Origin: Camelus dromedarius
Taxonomy: Eukaryota
Assembly (NCBI RefSeq): GCF_036321535.1
Contig: NC_087438.1
Location: forward strand, 11,410,001-11,474,000
DNA: 64,000 nucleotides
Direction: 5' to 3'
This document shows, in pieces, positions 24,363 to 37,045 of the stretch. Position 1 is the stretch's first letter. Each line of letters starts with the position of its first letter. The notes beneath the pieces are model-generated. The model made no database searches. It saw nothing but the letters and a program-made list of their open reading frames with translations, and was not told where the DNA came from. The position numbers and the translations under genes are program-made.

Positions 24363-24413
24363 ATGCATGTGCGCATATGTGCGTGTGCGCGTATGTGCGT
24401 GTGTGTGTGTGCA
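24363..24413. repeat. 51-bp alternating purine-pyrimidine (TG/CG/CA) tract
   Basis: atgcatgtgcgcatatgtgcgtgtgcgcgtatgtgcgtgtgtgtgtgtgca. Confidence 0.9.
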
Positions 24414-27221
24414 GAGGAGACCACGATGCTCTGGGCAAATGGAAGAGAGCATGCCATCAGTTCTGACCAATGGGCTGGAGCTGGAGCTTCTTGAGAGCGG
24501 AGACCCCAGCCCCGGCTCTCTGCACATCTCTTGAGCCATAGACCTAGCAGGTAAGGGAGGGCTTTGAGCGGAATATGAGGCTGGGGTGTAAACTGGACTG
24601 GAAAAACCTTCACAACTGAAAGTGACTGAAAAATGAGGCATCGACTAAGGTGCTTCCTATGACTCAGCGAAAAGAACACAGATAGCAAGTGACCCGGGAA
24701 GTCTGTTCCGAGTTTGTACCTCCATGAGTTGAGACTCTCCACTCAAAATTAGCTGCACAGCCTCAATGTTTGTTTCCTGTGGGCTCACGAGGATCTCATT
24801 CCTTCAAAGACCAATTAGGGTTAGTGGGCCCCTGAGAGGTTAGATAGACGTTACCCGCCTGCCTTCTGTAGGGGGCATCATGCCTGCCCCCTTGTGTTAA
24901 GCAAAATGCACATCCTTCCAAACCCACCTCCATCTACCCTCATCTCCATGGCCAGGCCCCCAACGCTTCTGGGATCCTTTTCCTCTCCCTGAACATCCCT
25001 GGGAATCTCAGTGGCTCCTCCACTGCTCTGCCACCTGAGTACCATTTTCCTCCACCTTTGCGTGGTGTGCTGGCATGTCTCTCAATCCCAATGCTCTGCA
25101 AACCTTAGCCAGGGAACTGTCCACCAGGAACTGTCCACTTGCTGTTTGCCACAGAACCTGGGAGAACAGGGAGCCTAGGTTCCATTCACATTCTCCCCAC
25201 TTTCCCTCTTTCTTTCTTCCCTTTTTCCCCTTCTCTCCTCCTTTACAAGAGCAGCCTTAATATGAGCCCAGGTTGCAGAAGATGTTAGTGAAATGAATTC
25301 CGATTCTCTTCTCCGGGAAATCATTCCACAAATCTCTTGAAACCTGTGATACTGTTTGGTTCCAGTGATGGCTCTGTCTTTGAAATGAAAGTCTACGTTA
25401 TTTAGCTTGAATGGAAGCTGCACTGGTTGAAAGAGCAGAGAGGCGTCCTCTGAACAGCTCTGGTCCCCCTTGTCCCACAGGCAGGCCCTGGTCCATGTCT
25501 TTGGAACCCTGCAGCTCTTAGGAGCACAGTTGGACCACCACTCTTCTAGAAAGAGGAACTACTCAAATTTCTTAGCAAGGAAGTAGGTTAGTAGAAGTAA
25601 TAGATGTTTTCTTAGGGCCCTAGGCAAGATGCGAAACCAACACGATTGGATTGTGATCAGAAAATATATTTGACCTTTGATTGTTATGCAGAAATAGATG
25701 ATTTCCTTTCTCTTACAACAAAGTCTTGAATCTTTTTAACTGCTAACAGATATATGCAAAGATGACTTCCAAAGGGTGATTTGCAATATATAACGTACAG
25801 TTTCTGATATATGGGTGTATATGTGGATAATTATTTGATACATATGTTTGAAATGTTCCTGTTTCAAGGACCAACAGCCATAAATTGAGGAAATAGAAAC
25901 AGACAATTTAACAATTATTCTGAGCTGGCACACTGGCTCAAGAAAATGTAGAATTCATCAATATGGCAGCTCGGATTTCTTTCCAAGTTCATGGCTTCAT
26001 ATTCCAATCTTATTCCATTTATTTTTTCACATTAAAATTCTGTAAGACTTCAAGAGAACCAGAGAAAATTTCAACCTTATAACTATTAAAGAATGGAAAA
26101 AATGGCAGGGAATATATACATAAAGCTTATTTAAGATGTGTCCAACAGTCACATAGTTCATCATATGAGAAATTACAGTAAATAGCACATCATCACTGAT
26201 AGCAGAGATAAAGGACTATTCTACACTAAACTATTCAGCCAGTGTTTGGGTCAGGAAAGGTGTTCTTTTTGATATTCACTGTATGAAAGAAGGGTTTTAG
26301 AAGGAAGCCAGTGGTTTTGCAGCTTAAGCCCTTCTAGGGCGGTTAGCTCCAAGAGATCTGAGAACTGTAGAAGTCTCTGCGGGCATTTATTGTTCAGTGC
26401 TGTGTTTATATGGGACAGGCAATATCCTTATATGAACACTAATTTCACTTGCACAGAGATGCTTTGGTGGGAATTATCTAATGTATACATTTATAAGACT
26501 TTGTCTTCAGTAACTTCCAACCATTAATTCATAAGGGAGCAAGTTACCTTGACCAGATGTTAGTTTTTTGTTTAACTTCTCTTTTCTTTTCTTTTTTGTT
26601 TTTAAGAGCCAAATTATTTTGACTCTATAATCCGATTTAAGTTGTTTGCCTCTGCCTCTTTGGAACCATTTTTCAGATTTTACCATTTTCTTCACTTTTT
26701 AATTACTAGAGGACTCTTACAAACCCATCTTTACTGTACTTATGGGATACAGTGGATCACTAGAATTTTAATGTAATAAAATATCATTTCAAAGCTATGA
26801 GCTAGAATGTGATTAATATATGATTTGGCCTGGAAAAATTTCCACTAACATGACTCAATAAATATTCCATATATAATATCTATTTTTAATATACTGGGAT
26901 TTAAAAAACATACCTTGGATCTTTTTCTTGCTCTTCCTCATCTGTGTCATTTAAAGTGAGGACTTCAAAGCCAGACATCATGGTCAGATGCTGAATAGAG
27001 ATCAGAGAAGCCAATTGACTGCTCCAATGTTGAGCAGATGGGGTGTGACTCAAGGAAGTGATAGATGGAGCCTTTGAAGGTCCTCAGTGTTTCCACCAAG
27101 ACTGGAGTCAAGAGAAGGGGTTGCACGGGCAACTACTGGACCCAGATTGTACCAGGAGCTTCTAATCCTTCTTCCATTCCATCCCCCCAGTGACACATGA
27201 GATAACCATGAATACCCCACT

Positions 27222-27388
27222 TCAGAGCTCCTCAGCCTGGGCTTATTGCCCAAAGGGGACATTGGAGATCTCGGGAAACTTTTTCGATTGTCACAATGCA
27301 AGTGTGCTGTCGGCATCTAGCAGGTAGAGTTCAGGGATGCTGCTTCAATTATCATGCCCAAAACACCAAGAGTGTCAGGCTGAGAAAC
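27222..27388. mobile_element. MER20-like hAT DNA transposon relic
   Basis: ggggacattggagatctc...gattgtcacaa...ggcatctagcaggtagagttcagggatgctgct...agtgtcaggctgagaaac. Confidence 0.7.
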
Positions 27389-27631
27389 GTGTCCCATTTT
27401 ACAGATCAGGCACCTGAGGCTCTAAAAGGTCCAGAGTTCATGAATATCAGAGTTAGAATCAAACTCAGGCCTGACTCAGACGTTGATGCTCTTTATCACT
27501 AAAACTCATGTCTTCTCAGGGAATAAGAAGTAAAACCAGAACATACAGTTCAGTTAACAGCCAGTTACAGACAATTATGAATATTAGGAGATTGTATCTT
27601 ATAGGGATTGTGAAGCAGTTGAAGATTTAGG

Positions 27632-27738
27632 TTTATTTATTTATTTGTTTGTTTGTTTTTAATAGAGGTACTGGAGATTGAACCCAGGACCTCGTGCATG
27701 CTAAGTGTGCACTCTACCACTGAGCTATACCCTCCCCC
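27632..27738 (-). mobile_element. Vic-1-type tRNA-derived SINE (camelid)
   Basis: Minus strand GGGGGAGGGTATAGCTCAGTGGTAGAGTGCACACTTAGCATGCACGAGGTCCTGGGTTCAATCTCCAGTACCTC plus (AAAC/AAAT)n tail; Pol III A box TAGCTCAGTGG and B box GGTTCAATC. Confidence 0.85.
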
Positions 27739-28429
27739 AAAAAGCAGACATATTAAATTAAAAGAAAATTCTTCAGGAAAATGAAAGCTCAACTAGAAAG
27801 ACATGGGGAAATGACACCACGACACATAAATTCCTATTTTCAACCAATGTATTAGTCATGAAATTTCACTCCTTATGCTCTCCTGTTCACACAGACACAC
27901 ATTCTCCTGCTTGACAGCCTAGAGTTGCCAAAATTATAGAGTATCAAAATCAAATCAGACATTTTATTTTAGGCATTTTTTTCCCCAAAACTTTTCATTT
28001 TTAGTTGACAAATATCAAGAGATGCCCTCTGGCCATCCTGCTTGCTTCATTTTCTTCTTGTCGTCCCTCATCAAAGAAGTCCAGTGTGGCCAGGGTACCA
28101 ATGAGGGATTCTGATCGAGCTTTGCTTGTGATATTGGTAGAACCTTGTTTTAGTGATAATGTTTCACACTTTGGGAAGTTGGGTTTATTTCACTTTCTGA
28201 TGAGTTTATTCAAATTTTGGTCCTAGGCACTAATCTTTGAAAATTGTTTATTCCAGCCTCCCTTATCTTCTCACGTTGGTCCATCAGCATATTAATTTCC
28301 CGTAACCTGGCTTATTAGCTTCTCATTTACACAATCACTCTCAACAAGTCCAGTTAAATACTTAAGGATAGTGAGATTCTTATCACTGGACTCTCCTTGA
28401 TGCACGACTGGATTCTGGGCCCAAACGAC

Positions 28430-28612
28430 CCATAGGATGTTAGCACTGACAGAAGCCTCACACATTGTCTAGACCAGCCCCCTATTTACATTTTAGAGAA
28501 GATAAGGTCCAACAAGGCTGAGGGTCTTGGCCGAGGTCAAACAGCCAGTTAGCGGTCACCGTGGGACCACAGTTCTCACCTGTTGATTCTCATTTGCAGG
28601 CTCTGTGCACTA
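28430..28612 (-). mobile_element. MIR
   Basis: attgtctagaccagcccc...attttagagaagataagg...cttggccgaggtcaaacagccagttagcgg. Confidence 0.7.
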
Positions 28613-29302
28613 CACTTTTTGACAAAATTCTTTCCCATAACAGAGCTCGTTGGAATGTGTTTCAAGATAACCTTTGCTAGGTGGTAGTGCATTCTACTCC
28701 ATAGAATGTATTCTAGATTCCAGAACAGCGTGTTTCTACTCACTGTGAATTCTTTAACATACTTAGCATTTTTTGTGGTTTATTAACTGGCCTTGCCGAG
28801 ATAACACCTGGTTTCTTAGATCCCGGTGTGACAGCAGAGGTGCTGGTAACTAGCCATTGCTCTAACACTTGAACAGGAAGGGCTGTTGTTGTCACTGTCT
28901 TCTCAAAGATGAGGCACTGTCACTGGCTCCCAAGGATGGCTGCCTCACAGACCACACATGCATACACTTTTACCAGAATGACAGATGTTTGCTTTGTCCA
29001 TATTTCTGTTGTCTTTTAAAAGAGCAACAACAATCGCTCCAACTAAAAGGCAGGAATCAAATCCTGTGTTCCCCTGACAAACCAAAGCCTTTGCTCAGCC
29101 ACCCGCAGATTTGAAGGCAAGAGGCATCTTTGTGCACTGGGTGTTGGGACAGATGTTAGTGACAGTTATATGCACACCCAGACAAAGTCCATCTGTCCTG
29201 ACTCTGGGAAAATGCACAGTCCTTGGAGATTCTCAGAGCCCTTGAGCACAGAGGATAGGGTTGGGGTAAAGCCTCATTCCCCACACCTTCCAACCTCTGT
29301 TG

Positions 29303-29910
29303 TTTTTTTTATTGAAGTACAGTCGATTTACAATGTTGTGTTAATTTCTGGTGTATAGCAGAGATTCAGTTATGTATACATATTCCTTTTCATATTCTTT
29401 TATGTTATAGACTGTTACAAGGTATTGACTATAGTTCCCTGTGCTATGTAGTAGGACCTTGTTATCTATTTTATATACAGTAGTTAGTATTTACAAATCC
29501 CAGACTCCCAGTTTATCCATCCCCATTCCTTTCCCCCCCAGTAACCATAAGTTTATTTTCTATGTCTGTGAATCTATTCTGTTTGAAGTTCATTTGTGTC
29601 CTTTTTTTTTTCTTTTAAGTTTCCACATATAAGTGATATCATGTGGTATTTTTGTTTCTCTTTCTGGCTTATTTCACTTAGAATGACATTCTCCAGGGCC
29701 ATCCATGTTGCTGCAAATGGCATTATTTTAATTCTTTTTAGTGGCTGAGTAGTATTCCATTGTATAAATATACCACATCTTCTTTGTCCAGTTATCTGCC
29801 AATGGACATCTAGGTTGCTTCCATGTCTTTTCTATTGTGAACAGTGCTGCTGTAAACATTGGGGCACATGTATTAGTTTTGAATTAGAGTTTCCTCTAGA
29901 TTTATGCCCA
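29303..29910 (-). mobile_element. 5'-truncated L1 (3' UTR plus ORF2 end)
   Basis: Poly(T) then tattgaagtacagtcgatttacaatgttgtg...atccatgttgctgcaaatggc...gtgctgctgtaaacattgggg. Confidence 0.9.
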
Positions 29911-30209
29911 AGGCCAAGCTTGGTTTTTCTAGCACACAGCATCAGGGCTCTCAAGAGAAGAGAAAGAACTGGTACTATGGTCCTTTCAACCTTGCAAGCC
30001 CCACTGGTGTTCCCAAGTGGTGGATTGCTGACCACATGAAATCAGCAGCCCTCTGCAACACAGAGTATTGTTGGGGTTCCCCTTCTGGAAACTGTGGCAC
30101 GTGCTCTCCCCATCATTATCCACTATCTTTTGACTCTATTTGTATAAGGGACCAGGTTGCATTCACCTTATACTAGCACAAATTGATAATATGTGATCAG
30201 CCAGAGTTC

Positions 30210-30462
30210 TTTTTTTTTATTGAACTATAGTCGATTTACAGTGTTGTGTTAATTTCTGGTGTACAGCATAGTATTCATTTATTTTACATATATATATTTA
30301 TATGTACATATATTCCTTTTGATATTCTTTTTCATTATAGTCTATTACAAGGTAAGGAATATAGTTCCCTGTACTACACAGTAGGACCTTGTTGTCTATC
30401 TATTTATATGTAATAGTGTGTATCTTCAAATCATGAACTGCCAGTTTATCCCTCCCCCCACC
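30210..30462 (-). mobile_element. L1 3' UTR end
   Basis: Poly(T) then attgaactatagtcgatttacagtgttgtgttaatttctggtgtacagcatag...atagttccctgtactacacagtaggacc. Confidence 0.88.
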
Positions 30463-30594
30463 TTAATTAAACAGTATTTTCTGGGTCATCTACTACAGGC
30501 CAGGCGTAGGTACTGGCGTGAGCTAACATGGTGAACTAAACTTACGGATAGAGTTAACACTGACTCTCTTTGGGAATGGAAGGAAGAGAATGGA

Positions 30595-30770
30595 GAGATA
30601 ATGTTTATGGAATATTACAGAACCCAGGCACTTTTTGTACATTACTGCACTGAGTCCTCACCGGACTCCTGTTTCGTAGTCATTATTATTACGGATTCAC
30701 AAATTAAGAAATCAGCTCAAATAGGTGAGATAGCATGCCCAGGTCGCAATGCAAGTGAGTGAGCAGAGCA
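30595..30770 (-). mobile_element. MIR
   Basis: cccaggcactttttgtacatt...tcacaaattaagaaatcagctcaaataggtgagatagcatgcccaggtcgc. Confidence 0.65.
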
Positions 30771-31371
30771 TCAGGAGGGGAGGTGGATGTCATTCTTTTC
30801 TGTACTTTAAGTGGCTTCAGTGGGGGAGAAAGCTGAAGAGGGCCACCCTGCCACGCTGAATGTGCCTTGGTAGCATCTGGATGGGATGGGAACGGGTAAT
30901 CAGAAGGTGAGCAACCCTTAGTGGGAACAGAAGGTGGAAGCAGACAGGAACCTCAGCTCCATTAGAGTCCAGCTGGTGGGAGGGACTAACCTGGCAGAAA
31001 AAGAATCTGTCCACCTACTCTCCACTCTGTGCTCCATCCAAAATGTGGGGCTGCTCGCTCCATCTGAGGAAGTCCCTGGGGGACTCAGGCGTTTCCTTGG
31101 GCATGAGTGTCAGTGTGTGTTGGGAGCATTTTCTCCTATATGGGCATGTGTACCCTCTGCACAAGGGTATCTAGGTTAACTGGAACCCACACGTGTTATA
31201 CACAGCAATAAGTTTAAAGAGTGACCTCCTCTACTCTTTTAAATACTCTTTTTCTACTCTACTCCTCTAAAATTTCCCAAAGGCACTGTCGGATGACAGA
31301 TTATCCCCTCTAAATTCGATCTCACTTTTTTTTTTTTTTTGTCTTTGCTTCTTTTCTTTTTAACCTAGTAT

Positions 31372-31785
31372 TTTCTTTATTGAGGTATTACTTGCATTCT
31401 ATAAAATGAACAAAATTTAATTGTACAGATCAGTAATTATTCACATGTAAACAGCCATGTAACCATTACTCACCCAAATCTAACTGTAAAACATTTCCAG
31501 CTCATCATAAGTTTGCTTGTACCTCTTCCAAGTCACTAATCCACAGCAAGAGAAAACATCTGTTTTGGTTACTGTCATTAAAATTTAATTTTGTCAGCTC
31601 TTAAAGATCATATAAATCGAACACAGCATGTGTTCCTTTTGTCTGCCCTTTCTCTTCAGCGTGTGTCTAGGAGTTGTCCATGCTGTGTCATGTATCAGGG
31701 ATCTATTCCTGTATATTGCTCTGTAGTAGTCCATTGTCCATGTACGTCAGTTTTCTATTCTTCCATTGGAGGTCATTTGAGATCT
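31372..31785 (-). mobile_element. Old L1MC/ME 3' region
   Basis: ctttattgaggtatt...ccatgtaaccattac...aaacatttccagc...gtccatgctgtg...ttccattggaggtcatttg. Confidence 0.7.
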
Positions 31786-33025
31786 CATTTTATCTGCTCT
31801 CTGGAACCAGTGCCAGTAAGTAGTAAAAACCCAAGAATGGGAAGCCAGGAAGAGAAGTCATAAAAGGATTGAGAAAATCCCTAATAATTAAGGATTTTCA
31901 GTATTAATCTTTTCCACTTGGAGCATGTGCTTTCCAGTCATCATTTGATTTTTAAGAGCCCATTTTTACTTAAGAAGAAGTGTTGTCTTTTCTTGTACCA
32001 GAGAGTATAGAGTTCTGTTCACAAAATCCAAGGCAGAAACTTGACAGGTACCAGGCTAGTTTGATCCATGCAGACTCAATTTTTTAAATATCTACATGAG
32101 AACCTCAGAGAGTGGTGGATGTGGCCTCACTTTGGTGCCAAATTCTCCTTCCTGTCTCTTTACTGTCCAACTTACTGCTTCTGTGCCCCATCACTGATCT
32201 TCCAAGGCTAGAGTGAGGGTGAGTGTCGAGGACTTAACGGTGCTGAGAATGGATGAAAATACAGGATTAGCCCTCAGGTCCCCCAGAGGGAAGGAACAAA
32301 TCTTGGCAGAAAATTATGTAACACAAGCATCTCAGAGTAAGTGGAGAAACTTAGAGAAGCCAAAAAAGTTGTGCAGATTTCTGTTCCTACAGAAATATAG
32401 CCATGACTCATGGTTTTAGGTTTTAGTAACATCAAATCAGTAGATGCGACAGAATCAGCAGGTTTGTATTTCTATCACAATCAGGCTTAAAAAGATATTA
32501 AAGAAAATATTATATTATCTAAGACATTTTTTTCACTATGAGAGAGGATCTACCTTAATCTAGCCTTAAGTTAAAATGGAGTTTATTGTCTGGTGCAGTT
32601 GAAAAGTCCTGGTGTTGTCTTGCTTTAGGCTAGCTAAATTCAGGAGTTCCATGAATGGTCTCAGAGAACTGACTCTTCTTCCAAGACTTGGCTCTGATTT
32701 CAGCTGTATTGCTTTGATTTACTGAATGATTCTCCTTATAAGAGGGGAAGGGTTACCATTTTCAACCTAAATGGTCCCGAAAAGTTAACATCTCATAAGA
32801 AACCATTTTTGGTTCCCAGCATCCATTCCAGTCCCCAAAAGGTCCCTCATGGATGAGCAGACATCAATTCCAGCTTCTTTGGGACAGGTGGAGCCCCTGG
32901 ACTGACTTCTCCAGACAAATCCCATGAGGTCAGGGAGGAACGGGTCCCAAAGGAAAGTCTCCAAGGAGGGCAGATCCTCAGCTCTCCACCCCAGGCCTGC
33001 AGGAGATCCTGGTCCCACAGCAGCA

Positions 33026-33040
33026 GGGGGGGGGGGGGGG
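33026..33040 (+). repeat. G15 homopolymer
   Basis: cagca(g)15cagaaa. Confidence 0.95.
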
Positions 33041-34841
33041 CAGAAATGGCTTAGCAAGCAAATGGGAGCTTACTTGGACGTAGGAGGAGGGCATTCGTTG
33101 GTGAGCACACTTTCAGAGAACCGCAGGGAGAAAGATTTGAATTGGGATTAGATTTGTCAGAGGCAAAGAAGACTCTATGACTTAACTCCTCCACTGCGCA
33201 AAGCTGAACTCTCCGTCAGCACCTCACAGATCTAGGGGGGAGCTGAAAATTGATGACAGGTCTGTAACTCTCAAAACATCCTCTCTCCTAATCCCCTCGC
33301 ATCCTCACTCAGCATTTTGCTTACTCTGTTCTTGGTCTCAGAGTCTCTCTCCTCCCATCTCTCCCTCCCTCCCCCTCTTCTTTCTCTTTAAAATAGCTCT
33401 TTGAAAACAGTACACAATAGTACCATTTGGGGAGGACAATTGCTTTCAATCCACTTTTACTTAGAGCTGTTTTCACCATAATTGTTGCTGAGATGAAATA
33501 CTGACCTTTCCATGTTGAGAAAATTAAAAATGCCTCAAGGGTCAGAGAAAACAATCCCCTAAGTACCAGCTGCGGGGAAAATGCCCACATGAAGTGACTG
33601 CTCCCTTCCTGACACCGCAGCATATAATTCCCCAGTTTTCCCAGAAGAATAGAGCTCCTGCCCTTCTTATTATCTCCAAAGACACCAACAATGGGACCCC
33701 TCAGCCCAGAAGGCCCGCAGTGGCCAGCCAAGTCTTACAAAGAAACAATTGTGTGGATTTCTTTTTCCTAAGACAAAGTCTACAAGACCAAATATGTTGC
33801 TGGAGAAAAGGTCATCTTTCTCCAGAAATGGTGCACAGTTGGGACAGCTGTAGATTTTGCTTCCGATTCTGCAGAGAGTGGCTACAACTCTATCCCTGTT
33901 TGTCCTGTGTGGTCACAACAGTGAGCCACCAAACAGCAATGATTAGGTGAGTGAAGTTAATAAATGCTACCGAGACAAGACGTGTCCTTAACCATAGCTG
34001 GAATTAAAGGACTGACTTCAATGTGTAATATAGAATGTGTCTATCAGAGAATCAGGAAGATGTTTACAAGTTATAAATATGTGTTTATTGATATACTAGT
34101 CTACACATATGTGCATATATCTAAGCGCATAGCCACATGTGATCAGAAATTTCCAGATGTCACCTCAATGAGAAATGATTCCTGTATTTATAACTTTAAT
34201 TTTATCACTGACTACTGCCCATCACTTACATGAAATGGGGTAGAATGAGGCAATTTTTGTCCATACCTAACCTGAAAGTTTAGTTAGAAACATTAGGAAG
34301 ATTTGATCACTTTGGTAGGGAAATACATTTGGCACAAAGATGCACGTGTTTTCCACTTAAGTCGTAATATTTAAGTCTCCTTAATGTTAGGAACTTGTAA
34401 ATTCGGATCTGTAAATTTCAGGATAAAGTCCAGCACTAACTGTGCACTACTGCCCCCTCTCTCAGCCCTGCAGTCACTCAGTCCCTCCCCTTTCCAGAAG
34501 CAGGTGGTGTGAGTTATTGGCATGCAGCTCTTTGAACTCAGCATGCTGTTTATCAGCTCAGTGACTCTGCTCAGGGCTTCCTCTCTCTGGAACACCCTGC
34601 CCATCAACTCTGCCCTTCTCCTGAATGTCCTGCAAGACTTAACTCAAGCACACTTCCTATATAAAGCCTTTCTTGACCTTTCTCAGCCTTTCTAAGGAAG
34701 ATGGTGGCTGGTCCCATGGATAATATTTGTTACATGGACTGATCACGTAGACCAAAGTGATCAGTTCACTTGCTGTTCAACTACAACAGAGGATCTGTGT
34801 ATCTTCAGTAATTCTGAGGTTGTTTCTCTAAATTGTGCCTC

Positions 34842-35445
34842 TGTGATGAGCAGAATAATTGCCCCTCAAATGTCTGCAGGCCAATTCTTGGAACCTGTGA
34901 ATATGTTACATTACATGGCAAAAGAGACTTTGCAGATGGAATGAAGATTGTAGAACTTAATATATGGAGGTTAACCTGGACAGACAAGGTAGGCCCATTC
35001 TAATCACATGGGTCCTTAAAAGTGGAAGAGTGAGACAGAAGATACGCAACCACAGCAGAGATTTGAAGCCTAAGAGGGACTCAAGCCTGCCATTGCTGGC
35101 TTTAAAAATGGAGGAAGGGGAGCTCTGAGCCAAGGAATGTGGGTTCCCTTAGAATCTGGGAACAGCCCCTGGCTGACAGCCAGCAATGCAACCGGGACCT
35201 CCAACCTACAAATCAAAGTCCTGCAACCCTGAAGAACTGAATTCTGCTGACAACCCAAATAAGTGAGGGAATGGATTTCCCCTGGAAACTCCAGAAAGGA
35301 ATGCAGACCTACCAACACCTTGATCTTCTCCTGGTGGGTTCCATGTTGGGCTTCTGATCTACAAAACTATAAAATAATAAATTTGCATTACTTAAGCCCC
35401 TGAATCTGTAGGAATTAGTTACAGCAGGAATGGAAAAGTAATACA
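34842..35445 (+). mobile_element. MLT1D/E-like solo LTR
   Basis: tgtgatgagcagaataattgcccc...gaacctgtgaatatgttacattacatggcaaaagagactttgcagatg...gttacagcaggaatggaaaagtaataca. Confidence 0.85.
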
Positions 35446-35470
35446 TGCTCTCTGGCATGGACTTTAGACT

Positions 35471-35947
35471 TGTTACTGAACTCAAGTTCAGCTCCTCACC
35501 ACTCAAAGCCCAATGACTTAAGAGGCAAGTGTTAGTAGAAAGGAAAGTTGCTTTAATCATAGAAGTCAGCAGTCTGGGGAGTTGGTGGACTCAGTGTCCC
35601 CCCTTCAAAGACCATCTCCGAAGATTCTGCTCAGCCCCAAAAGATTTATAGGTAAGACGGGGAAGTAATCTCAGTTGATCATTGAGCTAGTGGGTCACAG
35701 TCCACATTACCCCCCACTGCTGTGCAGGCTTGTCAGTTCCTTGTGAATTTTCCTTAGATGCTATCTTGTTCGTACAGTTTGTTGATGAGATTACTGAAGG
35801 GGAGGCTAGGGAAGAGATCTGGTCGTCTGAATTACTTATTCTTCATTTCTACTTCTTTGATTAGAAAAAAAACCCAACAGGTTAGGCAAGTGACAAGACA
35901 AGAGGAGCCTCCTGCAAAGAGCTCTTCCCTGCCAAAAGCTGCTTACA
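35471..35947 (-). mobile_element. ERV1-class solo LTR with 4-bp TSD
   Basis: TGTTA...TTACA termini, perfect GACT duplication on both flanks (35467-35470, 35948-35951); ATTAAA on minus strand near 35553; 4-bp TSDs are typical of ERV1. Confidence 0.85.
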
Positions 35948-36109
35948 GACTCAACAGACCTGTGTTGTGTGCCCAGCCCCAGTGCTTATTTAGTGAAATC
36001 TTAGGTGCTAAGGCAGAGGGTCCTCATCTGTAAATGGGTAGAATCCCACGCCTTTTTCTTAGACCTCTGTGTGGAAAGCCTGAGAAAATACACTCAACAT
36101 ATGGTGGGC

Positions 36110-36335
36110 CCATTGCATATCTCTAACCCATCTGCCTAGAAGGATCTCCCTGCAAACATCTGCATGACTCCCTCCCTCACTTCCCTCAGGCTTCTGTTCC
36201 ATGGAACCTTCTCAATGAGACCTTCATTGGTAACACCATCTAAAATTTCAACTCTTTCCTTCACCCCCATCTCCATCACTCTCCAGTGCTATTTCATGCT
36301 TTATTCTTCCCATAACGTTTATCACGGGACTGACT
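36110..36335 (+). mobile_element. L2 relic
   Basis: tctgcctagaagg...atctgcatgactccctccctcacttccctcagg...ccttctcaatgagacct. Confidence 0.7.
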
Positions 36336-36338
36336 GTG

Positions 36339-37045
36339 TGTATCAGTTATCTGTTGCTTTGTGACAAATAATCCCAAAACTTAGTGACTTAAAACAATAC
36401 ACATTAATTTGATCTTAAGTGTTCTCACCACACACAAGCAAAATCATAACTAGGTGAGGTGATGGATATGTTCATTAGCTTGAATGTGGTAATCATTTCA
36501 CAATGTGGACGTCTATCAAAACACCATGTTATATGCTTAAATACGCAGAGATATAATTTTTACTTATCAAGTATACCTCATTAAAACGGAAGAAGAAAAC
36601 AATACGCATTTATTCTTTCAGTATCTCTGGGTCAGGGGTCTGGGCACAGATGAGCTGGATTCTCAGAGCTTCAGGGTTTCTCACAAGGATAGAGAGTGTC
36701 AGCTGGGGCTGGGGTCATCTAAAGGCTCAGCTGAAGAAGTAGGCAATTGTTGGCTGTAGTCAGTTCATTGTGGGTTGTTGGACTGAGGGTCCTCCGTTCC
36801 TCACTGGCTATTGATTGGAGGACGACCTCTGCTCCATGCCACATGGGCTTCTCATCAAAGCAAGCAAACCTAGAATGCAAGAGAGAGTGGCAAGACAGAA
36901 ACCAAATGCTTTTATAACCCAATCCAGGAAGTGACATCCCATCACTTTTCTTATGTTCTATTTCAAGAAGGCTGTCACTAGGTTCGGCCCATACTTAAGA
37001 GAAGGCAATTACCCAAGGGCGTAAATATCAGGAAGCAGCGGGTCT
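36339..37045 (-). mobile_element. MLT1 solo LTR interrupted by an L1
   Basis: tgtatcagttatctgttgct...ccaaaacttagtgacttaaaacaa [L1] ...tctctgggtcagg...ggaagtgacatcccatcactttt...atcaggaagcagcgggtc. Confidence 0.8.
36406..36595 (+). mobile_element. L1MA8/9/10-like 3' end with 15-bp TSD
   Basis: gatcttaagtgttctcacca...gtgaggtgatggatatgtt...tatacctcattaaa; TSD AAAACAATACACATT (36391-36405) / AAAACAATACGCATT (36596-36610) at a TT|AAAA site. Confidence 0.85.

Noticed and set aside
27660..27738. tRNA gene
   Set aside because: tRNA-like head runs straight into an A-rich simple tail with an extra G-rich 5' end; this is a SINE
28001..28190. Protein-like minus-strand reading GSTNITSKARSESLIGTLATLDFFDEGRQEENEASRMARG
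   Set aside because: Bounded by stops, no convincing splice sites and no recognised homology
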